DNA of 64,000 nucleotides. Origin: Vicugna vicugna (Eukaryota). Position numbers and translations under genes: made by a program. The notes under the pieces were generated by a model. That model ran no database searches. It was not told where the DNA came from and was given only the letters and a program-made list of their open reading frames with translations. The DNA is taken from positions 7,207,779 through 7,271,778 of the forward strand of contig MU058198.1 in assembly GCA_013265495.1 (NCBI GenBank). Direction: 5' to 3'. Below, in pieces: positions 11,381 to 23,699 of this stretch (position 1 is its first letter; every line of letters starts with the position of its first letter).

Positions 11381-13458
11381 ATGGTGAGTGAGAATCCCCC
11401 AGCCCTGCCCAGATCCCTCAGACCTCAGGGCAGCCTCACCCTTTGAAAGAAAGTAGCTGGTTCCCAGTTAGCAAGAGAAAAAAAGATGAATCTTTCTTTT
11501 CTTGGTATCACCAAGGGGAATGTCCAGAATGATACCCTGAAGGACTAAACCAAGAATAATCTGCCCACCCACAGGAACCCAGACCCTCTCAAAGCATGCA
11601 TCGTACCTTCCTGCACTCCATCTTCCTAAAACCCCCTGGGACCACCCAGGCAAGGATTCCTACTCCCATTCTATAAATGAGAAAGCAGACGTTCAGACAA
11701 GGTGAATGAGTGGATCAGGGTCACACAGCAAGTCTTTGAGGAGGCAGGCTCAGGGCACTGAGACGGGGAGGTATGTTCCAATTGTTGGCTAGGATGGAAG
11801 GATGGAGACTTGAGGGCTATGGATAGGAATTTGGGCTACAACTGAAGCAAGTCCCCTCAGCAAAGAGGTCCTAAGGAAGGGGAAGTCTAGAGCCAGAAGT
11901 TACTTTAGAAGAATGGACCCAAAGAACCCTGAATCTAATCCATTGCCTCCAGAGAGGAGTAGGGATTGGCCCATGAACCCTTCTGCCCCACCTTAACCCC
12001 TCAGGCACCCAAGAAGGCCAGAAGAAGGGCAGCAGCAGAGGGCGGAAGCTCCAGTGTCTTCTCCATGTTCGACCAGACTCAGATCCAGGAGTTCAAGGAG
12101 GTAAGTGTGGGAAGAAAGGAGAATAAAGGCTGATCAAAGGCACCCCCTGCTGTCCCTCCTCCCACCCACCTCCAGAATGTGCACCTGTTCTGGGGGGGAG
12201 GGAAAGAGTTTAGAATTCCTTGTTCCCCTCTCTGCTTGGAGTGTAAGAGTGTGGCTGGCTAGGGGCCCAGAATCTGATCTGCCTGGGGTAAGGATGCTGC
12301 AGCCTAGCCATAGGGATCCTAACCTCCCTACTCCTGCCCTCCACAGGCCTTCACGGTAATCGACCAGAACCGTGATGGCATTATTGACAAGGAAGACCTG
12401 CGGGACACCTTCGCAGCCATGGGTGAGCCTCCTACCCAACCAGTAAAGATTCAAGGCTGCAGAGTCCTGGGAATTCAGCAGCCTTGTGTTCCAGCCCTGC
12501 TGGCTCCACACTGGGCCTCAGTCTACCCATATGAAAAATGGGTGGGATGATGTGAATTCATGGGAAGCATCATCCTCTGGCCCCAAGACCCCACTCCAGC
12601 CCATGCTTCCCCCATCCTAATCCAGGGCGTCTGAATGTGAAGAATGAGGAGCTAGATGCCATGATGAAGGAAGCCAGTGGACCCATCAACTTCACTGTCT
12701 TCCTGACCATGTTTGGGGAGAAACTCAAAGGTGAATGAAGTATCTCGGGTCCAAGCCCCTAGCTGTCTCTCCCTAGACCTTTCAGGCACTGACCCTTTAG
12801 CAACCCTTCAGCTTCATGTGCCCTCTGACCCCCAGGTGCCGACCCTGAGGATGTGATCACTGGAGCCTTCAAGGTCCTGGACCCTGAGGGGAAGGGCACC
12901 ATCAAGAAGAAATTGTAAGTGACCCCCTCCAGCTGTTCTCACACAGAAAGCATCCTTAAATCCTACAAAGAGTTAGGCATTGCCAGGGATAAGGGAGAAA
13001 TTAGGACTGTGGAAGTGGGCAAGGATTAAATTTTCACAGCACATATAGGGAAGGGCAAAAGGAGGGAGGCCAGAGTGTTTGGGAGACCAATGAGGAATCC
13101 AGAGTGAGCCCGGTTTTCAAGGCGAGACTGGGAGTAGCAATAGGGATGAGATGGGAGGTAGTGGAAAGGCCTCACCAAGCCCAATCTCAAATCCCTGTAT
13201 GTCGCCTCTCTCCAGCCTGGAGGAGTTGCTTACCACGCAGTGTGACCGCTTCTCCCAGGAAGAGGTGAGTGGGGGAGGGGCCCAAGAGACGTCGAGGGAT
13301 GGGGGAGGGTGGCCTAAGAACCAGTTGGAGATACCATGACACCTTTTCCCCAGATCAAGAACATGTGGCAGGCCTTCCCCCCCGACGTGGGCGGCAACGT
13401 AGATTACAAGAACATCTGCTACGTCATCACGCATGGCGACGCCAAAGACCAGGAGTAG
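11381..13458 (+). CDS. MYL11: Myosin regulatory light chain 11 (fast skeletal MLC2, MYLPF), 170 aa
   Basis: Exons 11381-11383, 12005-12100, 12347-12422, 12626-12730, 12836-12914, 13216-13264 and 13354-13458 (513 nt). Protein [51 protein letters not shown] (EF-hand)...HGDAKDQE*. Confidence 0.97.
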
Positions 13459-13524
13459 CGGGTTCTCTTTGGCCTCTGCTGGCCAACGACTTCCTGCCAG
13501 TTCGACTCCCCCACCCCGACTCCT

Positions 13525-13530
13525 AATAAA
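13525..13530 (+). terminator. MYL11 polyadenylation signal
   Basis: AATAAA 66 nt after the stop codon, followed by T/GT-rich sequence. Confidence 0.8.
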
Positions 13531-13755
13531 TTGTACTGGTCTTGTTTCTTATCCGCGGCGCCTTCAGTGCATTTGTGCGAGCGGGACTCAGGTGGGAGGC
13601 TGGACTGAAACACTGGCTGGCTCTAAACGAGTGCCCAGCAAATGAATGAATAAATAGTGGCCCAGAAGCCTGGGTGGAACGGTTCCATCCGCTACGCCCG
13701 CCACTTTTTCCCGCTGGGAAAGGGAAGATGTGCGAAGCCTCAAAGAAACTAAGTT

Positions 13756-13761
13756 TTTATT
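13756..13761 (-). terminator. SEPTIN1 polyadenylation signal
   Basis: TTTATT on + (AATAAA on -), ~290 nt past the SEPTIN1 stop. Confidence 0.75.
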
Positions 13762-14051
13762 GATGTCTCAGCTTCAGTGAAGTGGAACAGGGTTAGGGGG
13801 GTAGGGGCTGGAAGTGAAGCTCGGGCTCTTGAAGTGGACGGGGCGGGGCCAAGGCGGTGTCGGGGGCGGAGCCAGAGGCGGGGCTACAAACTCCGAGATT
13901 GGGAGAAATTGTCAGCCGGTGAATCCCTTGCAAGGGAGGGCTTTACAGTCCGGGGCTCCGGGATTAGGAGCCAGGCAGCCTGGGGCTCGGGGATCGGACA
14001 AGAGACGAATTGAAGGCGGAGGTGAGGTAAAGTAGGGCCCCGGCGGGGGCC

Positions 14052-17000
14052 TCAGAGAGCGTCCGACTGCTCGCCTTGAGCCTGGCTCTGCTGCATCTGG
14101 GCCTGCATCTTCTCCAGCATCTCCTGCATGCGGCGCAGCTGTACAGGGCAAGATTGCAGGCGGTGGGACCGGGCGAGGCCAGAGAGGGACTTCGAAGAGG
14201 GCTTGGGGCCCTAGTCGCGGGGGAAGCTAGGTGCTTGCTCACCTCTTCGTCTTTCTCGCGGATCAACTTCTCCGTCTCCGCCAGAGGCAGCATGGGCAGA
14301 GGGATCTCTGTGGCGCTCTGGCGGGAGAGCTTACTACGGGGTGTAGGGAAGGGGCAGGAATCAATCAAGGGCTAGAGGCGCGGTTGTGGGTCACGGCCGC
14401 GAGGCAGAGCCTAGGCTTTGGCTGGGGTCCAGAAGGTGGACACATGTCCTTCGGGTTAGGGCCTTAAAGCCGTAAGCAAAGTGGGTGAGAAAAGATTCTA
14501 GGAGAGAGGTCTGGAAAGTGAAGGCTGGTGAGGGAGGGGCCTTGCAAGCACCTAGGAGTCAGCTCCGGCTCTCACCTCCGGCTGGCTCGATCACGCGCCC
14601 CGGGCCGGGCCAGGCTCTGTAGGCAGCGGGCACGGTAGCCCTCATAGAGCAGATCGTGCGTCACCTCCTTCAGGTCCTGCAGGTGTGTCTGTACCAGCAT
14701 CCGTCGCAGGTTAAGGAAATCGCAGTGATGGGGGTTCTCCACTGGGGGGCGGACCGGCGAGCGTCAGGGAGCTTGTGGTCCAGCCCCATCAGCTGGGTCG
14801 GGTCGCCCCAAAGCCCTGCCACCGCTGTAGCGGAGGGTCCGCAGTTTGCTGCCCAAGGACCCCTCTTTCGGCTCCTAGGACCCCCGGGACCAGAGCTCGC
14901 CCCATCTTCACATGTTGGATGTGGCTGACTTGGAGGCGGCCTGGGCTGCTTGCTGGCCTCAGAACACATGTCCCGGCTTACTCACCCTCCACGGTGCCCC
15001 AGGAGTAGCGTCGTCCCCTCACCGGTCGGGTCCCGCCATCCCTCACTACTTCACATGAACCGACGACTGCGAAAGGAATGCTTTCCTAGAGGGCAGTAGT
15101 CAGGGAATCATCCTTGGCCCCACTTTGGGCAGAAACTTCTTTCTCACCTCCTACTTCCACATCTGCCTCCCCTGCTTCTCTGCCCCTTCCTCCTTTGCCT
15201 CTGCACCTTCATCTCTGCATCCTGCCTCTTGAAGTCTTCATCTTCATCAGAGTCACAATCAGGGAACTGGTAGATGTTGATCTCCTCCTCCTTCAACTGG
15301 TCCCGGATCTTAAAAAAGACAGATGCAGAGATAGTGAGAAACACAGAGGCTGTGAGCCACAGAAATTACATGACCACAGAGAGTGAGATATAGATACAGA
15401 TAGGGGGTGGTAGAGACAGAGGAAGACATGAAAGACACAGATGGTGAGATGGATATACAGGATGACTAAAAAACAAAATCTGAAGACAATGAAAGGCAGA
15501 GACCTAGATGATGCAAAACTGAGACAAACAGTTACCCTAACAGGGAAGACAGATGCCTGGGAAGTTTCTAAGATGTGTAGACACCAAAAGACCAGGAGAG
15601 AAAAACATAAGCAGACACATGGGAGAGGGCTCTGAAGACACTGGGGCTAGGAAGGTGGTCAGCACTCCGGGGCAGAGAGATAAAAGGGGGTCATCATGTC
15701 TGTGTCCCTGCTCTCATACGGGCCTTAGCCAAGCATCCAGTCTAGGGATTCTGTTCTGAGCCTCCAGAGACATGGCTCCCTTAGGCAGCTTACGACCCAC
15801 CTTTCTCAGAAACCTCCCACAATCTAGCCTGACACATTAAGCTCCAAAAAGGCTATCCCAAGATCAAAGAAGTCAAAAGCTGAGTATGGGTTTGATCATG
15901 ACTTCTGGCTTCATGTGGGGCCAAAGGTCAGAGGCCACCACACACACCTTCTGCTTGAGGGCCTGTGTTTCCTTAGGCATCAGGGCATCTGCTTTGCCAA
16001 TGACCGGGATGATGTTGACTTTCTCGTGCACCGCCCGGAGGAAGGCCACATCTAGAGGCCGGAGCCTGCACCCAGGGATTGGTCCCATCTCAGTCTCAGG
16101 TACAGAGATCCCCCCTCATCCCTTCCAAATGCCCCAACCCCCAGGGTGCCCTCCAGACCCCCGGCCAAAGGGTGAGATGAAATAGAGGCAGCAGTGGACA
16201 CGGGTATCCTGAATGTTCTTCCGGTTCAGGCCACTCTCATCCCGAAGATACTGCTCAAATTGCTCCTCAATGAAGCGCACCACGGGCAGCCAGCTGGGGC
16301 ATGGAGAGAGAGCAGGCAGTTGGAGATCAGGGACCACAGGCAGGGAAGCGGGCAGGGGAGCCAGGACTGTGGGGGTGGGAAGTAGTTTCTTTGGCTCCAA
16401 CCAAAGACATCAGAGGAAACTGGCAGGTGAGATGTCGGAAAGCAATGGGTACTTTGGGCCACAAGGCCACCAGAAATGGGCCCCACCTTTGGGATCAGGG
16501 TTGGGGCAGCCAGGGTAGACCAGCCCTGTATCTAACCCCTCAGTCCCCACAGAATAGCCACATTGGGAAGCTGAGCCTCATACCCTCCCCTACTCCTTAC
16601 CAGTCTGAACAATCCACTGAGTCCCCAAAGCCAGGTGTGTCCACCAAGGTCAGCTTCACTTTAATACCTCCCTCCTCGATTTCCACACCCCGACGCTCAA
16701 TGGTCAGGGTTTGTGTCAAGCGGGCTATGAGGATGGGGAGACATCAGGGAGCTAGGTAGGGGTCTGAGGCAAGACTGATTTCCTTAGGCTCTCAGTTGCC
16801 CCCACATATTTTTCAGTGGAGGAGACTGGGTCTCAGAGAAAATCAGAGAGCTGCCTGAGTCCCCCAGAACATCACGGGAGACCCAGATGGGAAGGAAGAG
16901 AGTGCAGCCTCGGGACACAGGAGGGATCAGAGTGCCTGGACAGCATGGGGTGGGGCGGTCTTACCACTGGCCTCTGGTACTTGCCGATCCTCATAGAGGT

Positions 17001-17414
17001 TGGTGAGAAACAGGCTGTTGATGAGGGTGGATTTTCCCAGGCCTGACTCTCCTGAGGACAGGACAGAACCAACTGATCAGGTGAGAGGACAGCCAAGGTC
17101 TCTTGAGGACCCCTTGCCAGGCCCCTCTTCCAGACCCCCAGACCTGCCACCATGAGTGTGAAGTCAAACCCCTTCTTGACGGACTTGCGGTGCAGCTGAC
17201 TGGGGAGGGCGGCGAAACCCACATACTCCTTGTCCTGTTGGGGGGGCGTGATATGAGGCTGCTGAGGGCTGAAGGCAGGGCCCCCAGTGCAACCTGATCT
17301 TGGGGTTAGGAGAAGTCAGCCTACTGTGGGTTGACCTGGGTGGGCCTGGCTTCCTTGGGGGGTTGGGCGCTGGAAGCATAGATGCCTGGATTCCTGGGCA
17401 TAAAGACTCACCAT
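14052..17414 (-). CDS. SEPTIN1: Septin-1, 367 aa
   Basis: Exons 17414-17412, 17234-17144, 17051-16965, 16724-16601, 16293-16159, 16065-15948, 15308-15207, 15085-14986, 14741-14576, 14333-14243 and 14138-14052 (1104 nt). Contains the G1 GESGLGKS, G3 DTPG and G4 GKAD motifs, the septin unique element [11 protein letters not shown], and a C-terminal coiled coil. Confidence 0.96.
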
Positions 17415-17720
17415 GGCCCCGATAGCTGTCGCTGCACCTGCTGTCTCTCTCCACTTCCTCTGGTGGGCAGGAAGCTGAGAGCAGCAAACAAGGGGGCGGG
17501 CAATGTAGGAAGCTGAGATGCTCGAACCAGCCCAGAGAGGTGGGAAGAGCCAAGACTAAGAATACCTGGGGTCCTCACTTCCTGGATCCCTTTGCCTATC
17601 ACCCCTTTAGAAAGCTTCAACCCCTCTGTTCTCTGTATTCCTTTGTTCCAAGCCCGATTGTAGCCCCATCACCCTGTTGGGGGGGAGGGTATTGGCAGAG
17701 AGGAAGGAAGCGGGTTGGTC
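17415..17720 (-). promoter_or_regulatory. SEPTIN1 promoter region with ETS (GGAA) motif cluster
   Basis: CACTTCCT/AGGAAG at ~17452, 17469, 17506, 17576 and 17701, plus a GC box at ~17492, upstream of the ATG exon. Confidence 0.5.
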
Positions 17721-18132
17721 TCTCTAGCAAGTGAGATGAAGGCTTTGACAGGGATGGTTTAAAAAAAAAAAGTTTCAATGTCTGAGTAGACCAAAAGCCA
17801 TAACAAGATTGGAGTGTGGGTGGGAGGGGCCATCAATTTTCCTCACCAGCTCATGCATTGGATTCTTTAAAGGACTTCAGGTCTTTGGATACCACCACCA
17901 GAGAGAACTTTCTTCAGGATCCTGGCCAAGGTACTCCCCTGCTCGAAACCCTTCAGAGGCTTCCCGGTGACCTCTGAATCAAGTCTGAGTTCTGATCTGG
18001 CAGCCTTCCCCATCTGACCTCATAACCCCATCCTGCACTCACATTTAGTGAGTGCCACATCCTTGGCTCTGCTCACACTGAGCTTTTCCTTCTTCTGCAC
18101 CAGGTGAATTCCTCTTCATCCTTCAAAGATTT

Positions 18133-18146
18133 TTTTTTTTTTGTAT

Positions 18147-18189
<43 letters not shown>

Positions 18190-18244
18190 TATTGAGGTAT
18201 AGTCAGTTTACACTGTAGTGTCAATTTCTGGTGTACAGCACAAT
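18133..18244 (-). mobile_element. Very short 5'-truncated L1-type 3' end with (TAAA)n/poly-A tail and target-site duplication
   Basis: On +, poly-T and (TTTA)n followed by TTGAGGTATAGTCAGTTTACA.... Flanked by ATCCTTCAA[A/G]GATTT at 18118 and 18245. Confidence 0.75.
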
Positions 18245-18962
18245 ATCCTTCAAGGATTTGATTCAAAGGGCTCTTCTTCCTCTTCTATGAAATCTTACCC
18301 ACCTACCCGAGGCAGAGTCATTTTTCCATCCTCTGGACCCCTGGCACCTTTCACAGGCCCTTCCAATGCCCACGTTTGCTTACCAGACTGTGGCTGTCTC
18401 TTCTACTCCCAGCTGAGCTTTCTGAGGGCAGTGACCATGTCTTCCTAATTTCTGTATCCCCAGTGTCTTGGACAGCACCTGACACAAAGAAGGTGCCAGC
18501 AAATAATGTACTAGATGAATGAATGCATGGAAAAATGAGTGAGTGAAGTTAGTCAGGGACAAAGCTGGGAGGCTGCAGAACACATAAAAGAAGGTTTGCT
18601 TTGGAGTCAGAAAGAATTTTTTAAACCACAGCTCTACTGCTTAGTATGTGACCCCGGGCCAGTCATTTGACCTCTCTGAACTCCATTTTCTTCATAGTAA
18701 GATGAAATGCACACATTTCCACTCACTCATCAGGACTCAGAGTGGTTTTGGATGATGTGTGCTTTGGAGTCAATCAGATACATATACACTGTACCCTGTA
18801 TACATACCTAAGCTTTAGCATTTATTAACTGAGTGACATCTCTGAGCCTTTAAAGATAGTCTTCTTACTATGGTCTTGCTTGATCTGGATCCCGCCTACT
18901 GCTCCAACCCCATTTCCTTTCTCCACTCCTCCTGGTTCTATTTATTATTTCCCTTTTGGCCC

Positions 18963-19329
18963 GTTATTGACTGAATTGTGCTCCCTGCCTTGAATTCATG
19001 TGTTGGAGCCCTAACCCCCCATGTGATTATATTTGGAGATAGGACCTTTAAGAGGTAATTAAGGTTAAATGAGGTCATAAGGGTGGGGCCCTGATCCGAT
19101 AGGTCTGGTGTCCTTATAAGAAGAGACATCGGCAATCTGTCTCTGTACATGTGAGCACACAGTGAGAAGGCAGCAGTCTGCACCCCAAGGAAAGAGGCCT
19201 CACCAGAAATGAACCCTGCTGGCATTTTGATCTTGGACTTCCAGTCTCCAGAACTATGAGAAAATAAATACCTGTTGTTTAAGACTAGTCTGTGGTATTC
19301 TGTTATGGCAGCCTGAGGCGACTAACACA
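18963..19329. mobile_element. MaLR (MLT1-like) solo LTR
   Basis: Recognisable MLT1 motifs: GAATTGTG...GCCCTAACCCC, AATTAAGGTTAAATGAGGTCATAAGGGTGGGGCCCT, TTGGACTTCCAGTCTCCAGAACT, GTTATGGCAGC...ACTAACACA. Confidence 0.8.
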
Positions 19330-20384
19330 GGCTCATGGCTCACTCCTTTCCCCTCCTCACTTCAAGGCAACCACGCTAATGTGCTTAATGTGTAATTTTT
19401 TTATTTGCATATATTTTGAAAAATGTACAGTATACAGTACATGTTTACACAAATGGTAATATATATAGAGATGAATATATATTTCTGTTAACTTTTCATT
19501 CAGCACTATTTTTAAAGACCCATCCATGTTGCCATCCATTTACCTTATCTTTACTTCAACCTCATTTCTAGTACTGCCACCTTCATGTAACCCTGGGAAA
19601 ATCACCTCTCTGGGCCTTACTTTCCTCATCTATCAAATGGAATTGGAAGTTCCTCCCATACTGAATTCACAAAATCTGTGCAAGTTTCATATGATAATAC
19701 ACATACAGTGATTAAGAGTTCTGTGATCCTATTAACTGTGTGAATTTGGGCATCTTACTTTAACCTCTTATGACTTAGTTTCTTTATCTGTTAAATGGTA
19801 GCATTAATAATTTTACCTCACAGGGTCATGATGAGGATTATATGCCTGACACACATTCCTTCATACCTGGCGTAGGAGATGAGCTCACATAGACTGCTAG
19901 TTATTGCTATAACATGAGCTGAGGGGTGTGACTGTGCCACTGGCTCCAACTCAGTGACTGCTCTTCTGGATTAGCTGCTGAGAATCCAGACACAATGAAT
20001 CAGTCACAGTTGCTGCCCTCTAGGAAGACAGAGACAGCCACAAGTAAATGTGACACACAGTGCTGGTGCTAAAAATACAGTGTAATGAGATAAACAGAGT
20101 TCTTTGAAAGGCCAAGGGAGGGATAATTATACCCTTCCCCACTGCACCACAACCCTTCCTCTTGCATTTCTCATCAGGCTGAGCAGCCCTACCGACTTAG
20201 TTAAAACTCTGAACACCCCCCTCCCTTGCTCTCCTCAAGTATATCCAGTTTCCAATTCCTTCCTATCAATGAGAAAAATTGGTCCCTTCCTCTCTACACT
20301 CTTCACCCTTTTGCCCTTGCACTGAGTTCAGGCTCTAATCAGCTCTTCCCTAAATTATTCAACAACCTTTAAGAAAATAACATG

Positions 20385-21148
20385 TACACACCTGTCAGAA
20401 TGGCTATCATCAAAAAGACCACAAATAACAAATGTTGGCGAGGATGTGGCAAAAAGGGAACCTTTGTACATTGTTGGTGGGAATGCAAATTGCTGCAGCC
20501 ACTGTGGAAAACAGTACGGAGGTTCTGCAAAGAACTAAAAACAGAACTACCATATAACCCAGCAATTCCAGTCTTGGGTATATACTGGAAGAAAATGAAA
20601 ACACTAATTTGAAAAGATGCATGCACCCCAATATTCATGCAGCAGTATTTACAATAGCCAAGACATGGAAGCAACTTAAGTGTCCATCAACAGATGAATG
20701 TCCAAAGGAGATGTGATATATATATATCACATTATATATTATATAATACATATAATTATATATAATGGAATACTACTTAGCCATAAAAAGAATGATGAAA
20801 TTTTCCCATTTGCAACAACATGGATTGACCTGGGAGGGTATTATGCTTAGCGAAATAAGTCAGAGAGAGAAAGACAAACATTGTATATTACCACTTATGT
20901 GTGGAATCTAAAAAATAAAACTAGTGAATATAACAAAAAAGAAACAGACTCACAGATACAGAGAACAAACTAGTGGTTACCAGTGGGTGAGGGAAGGGGG
21001 AGGTGTAAAACGGGTAGGGGATTAGGAGATACAAACTACCAGGTATAAAATAAATAAGCTGCAAGGATATATTTACACCACAGGAAATATAGCCAATATT
21101 TTATAACTATAAATGGAGCATAATTTTAAAACTTGTGAATCACTATTT
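20385..21148 (+). mobile_element. LINE-1 fragment (ORF2 C-terminus + 3'UTR)
   Basis: Translates to [10 protein letters not shown]...CWRGC...[13 protein letters not shown]..., the L1 ORF2 Cys-rich end. Followed by an L1 3'UTR ending in AATAAAAAA. Confidence 0.92.
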
Positions 21149-23699
21149 GTATACCTGAAACTTACATAATATTGTAAATCAATTACATCTCAATAAAAAA
21201 TGAAAAAAACAGGCATATCATTTATTTACTGTATAACCAACACAGTCTCATAGAAAAATTAGCAAATGCAAGTGGTTAGAAAAACTTACCTCTCATATTA
21301 GTACCATGATATAACCTCATTCTGATTTTGTATTCTTCTAAATTTTCTCATATGCCTATACATATGAATAAATATAGTCACAAAACTAGGATCATACTGG
21401 AACTTTAGAAACCTGTTTTTATTCTGTACACCTTTCTATGATCATGAATACACATCTGCATTAACATTTTTAGAGCTGCTTAGTATTTGGGTTGATGCCA
21501 GTTCTTCCCTGTGATAAACAGTGCTGAGCTGGGATGAATACGTTTGTGGTGCTATCATTATGCACTTGTCCAACCATTTCCTTGGGCCTCATCTCTATAC
21601 AGGGAATTACTGAATCAAAGGAAGTCACATATTTAAAGTATATGTGCATATTAACAAATACCCTGCAGAATGGGTTCTCGGCTGGTCTTTGTGTTAAGTG
21701 CAGAGATGACATGAATTAGTAGTAGTAACACAGTATTCCATTTACATGCTTATTAACCCCAACAAATTATGCCCAATTATTCATGTGATAAGGTTTGGGA
21801 CCTGTTTAGAGAAAGGAAGATTCTTGAGTTTCCAATGGGACAGCGTACGGTGGACAGCAGTTTTCCCATTTAATAATCATCTGGATTAGTTATTTTTCAT
21901 CTCACCATCATATCTTCATAGCTACCTATGCCTACCAGGCAGTCCTGGGGGGGCTTCTATATGTTTAGAACTGAGTTCAGGTTCAGACCTAGTAACTCCA
22001 GGATTCATCTCAAGAGCTAGCTCTACAAGTGAGTATGGCATGTGGGCTGGCCAGTCTTTGGGGGGTTTCCTCCAAGAGGGACTGGCTCTTTGCCATTTGG
22101 TGCCCTCTTACCTCTGTTTCCCAGCACTTGTGCCTGGTACACACTGGACCCATCAGGAAATGTCTGTGGAACAAATGATTAACTTACCATCCTATCTTTA
22201 GCTTCCACTACTTTGCTATTATGTAAACTCATGACACATTAAAACAGACCTATTCTGTTTTCCTCTTTGAGGATAGGTCATAACCATCTTTGGATTCCAA
22301 GCTTCCAGCACACAGCAGGTTTTCCTTGAGTGCATGGGCCACTGTTTATTTCATTCCCTGTCTAGAGTTCTTCATTCAAGGCCCACTTCAGCCAGACTTT
22401 GCTGAAATCTTAGCTGTTCTGAAACAATCAGCTCAAAAATGCCACCTTCTTCCTTGCTTACTTCAGCCCAAAGAGTAATTTCTGCTATTTTTTACTAAGT
22501 GCTTTACACATATTATCCTCAACCATTCAAATTGGGTATTATCATTTCAGGAAACAGAAGTAACTTCCCTAAGGTTAAACAGTAGCAAATGACAAGGCCA
22601 GGAATCAAACTCTGCATGAATGACCTTAAAAAGTGTCCACAGCCACTAAACTCTCCAGGTCTCTCTCTTTCTGCACTACATTCTTATCAAATCTTTCTTC
22701 ATTATGTCAGTATAGAATCTGTCACATCATCTGCCCACCTCCTACCCGGCCGAGAGCTCCCTGAGGGGTTTCTTTGTATTTCTAGGTCTTAGACAGTGTC
22801 TAAATTATTGGTTGGTGATTCATAAGTATGTGTTGATTCATTTGTGGTCCCTGTTTATCAGTGTCTAACATTCATGCATACCAGGTACCTAGAACCATGT
22901 AGACTCATTCCCACAAATTAGGCTTCTTCCTGCTCTCCCACACTATCTTGAATCAGTACATGTAACTCTCTAATGCCCCAACAATTCTTATTTGTCATGA
23001 TTTGTATACTAGCCCTTTAAACTGGTAGCATCCCAAGGACAACTCTTACATGTGTTTCACCTCTGTATCAAACTCTTGGCATAACACTGAGGCGCTAATA
23101 AATGTGAATTAATACACAAATCTTGGTTACACTTCTCCATCATTAGATGGGCTTCAGACACTTCCAGGCACCCCACCTGCTCCCCAAAGGCAAGCTTGCC
23201 CAGAGTACAGATACTGGGGAATCATGCCCCTGGGACCACTACAACACAGCCCTAGCCAGGGGCCCACCAAGCTGGGAAACAGGGTTTCATGTTTTAGTCT
23301 CTTCCTGGGCTGTGCCTTTGTAGGGCTGTCGACCTGTCCCTAGTCTCCTCAGGGCTTCTTTCTTTGTGTGTCTCTTTGTCTCTGCCTGTTTGGTCTTTGT
23401 TCCACTGCCTCTGGGCCTGTTTCTCTCCAGGTTCCCTGCCTTTTCTTGCAGTTCCTCCGACTCTGTTTCAGTCACTTTATATCTCTTATCTGTTTCTGCA
23501 TCTCTTTGTTTCTGGCAGCCAATCTTCTCCTCCTGTATTTTTGATCGGCTGCAGTCTCTCCGTCTCTCCGCTTTTGCAGCCTCTCTCACTCTGGGCTCTT
23601 AAAATACGACTTTGTGAGTCTCGGGGCCCAGGTCTAATTCCATCAGGCTGCCTCTCCACAGCACTCTGGTGTCTGCCACTAGCTTCTGTTCCTGCCTTG

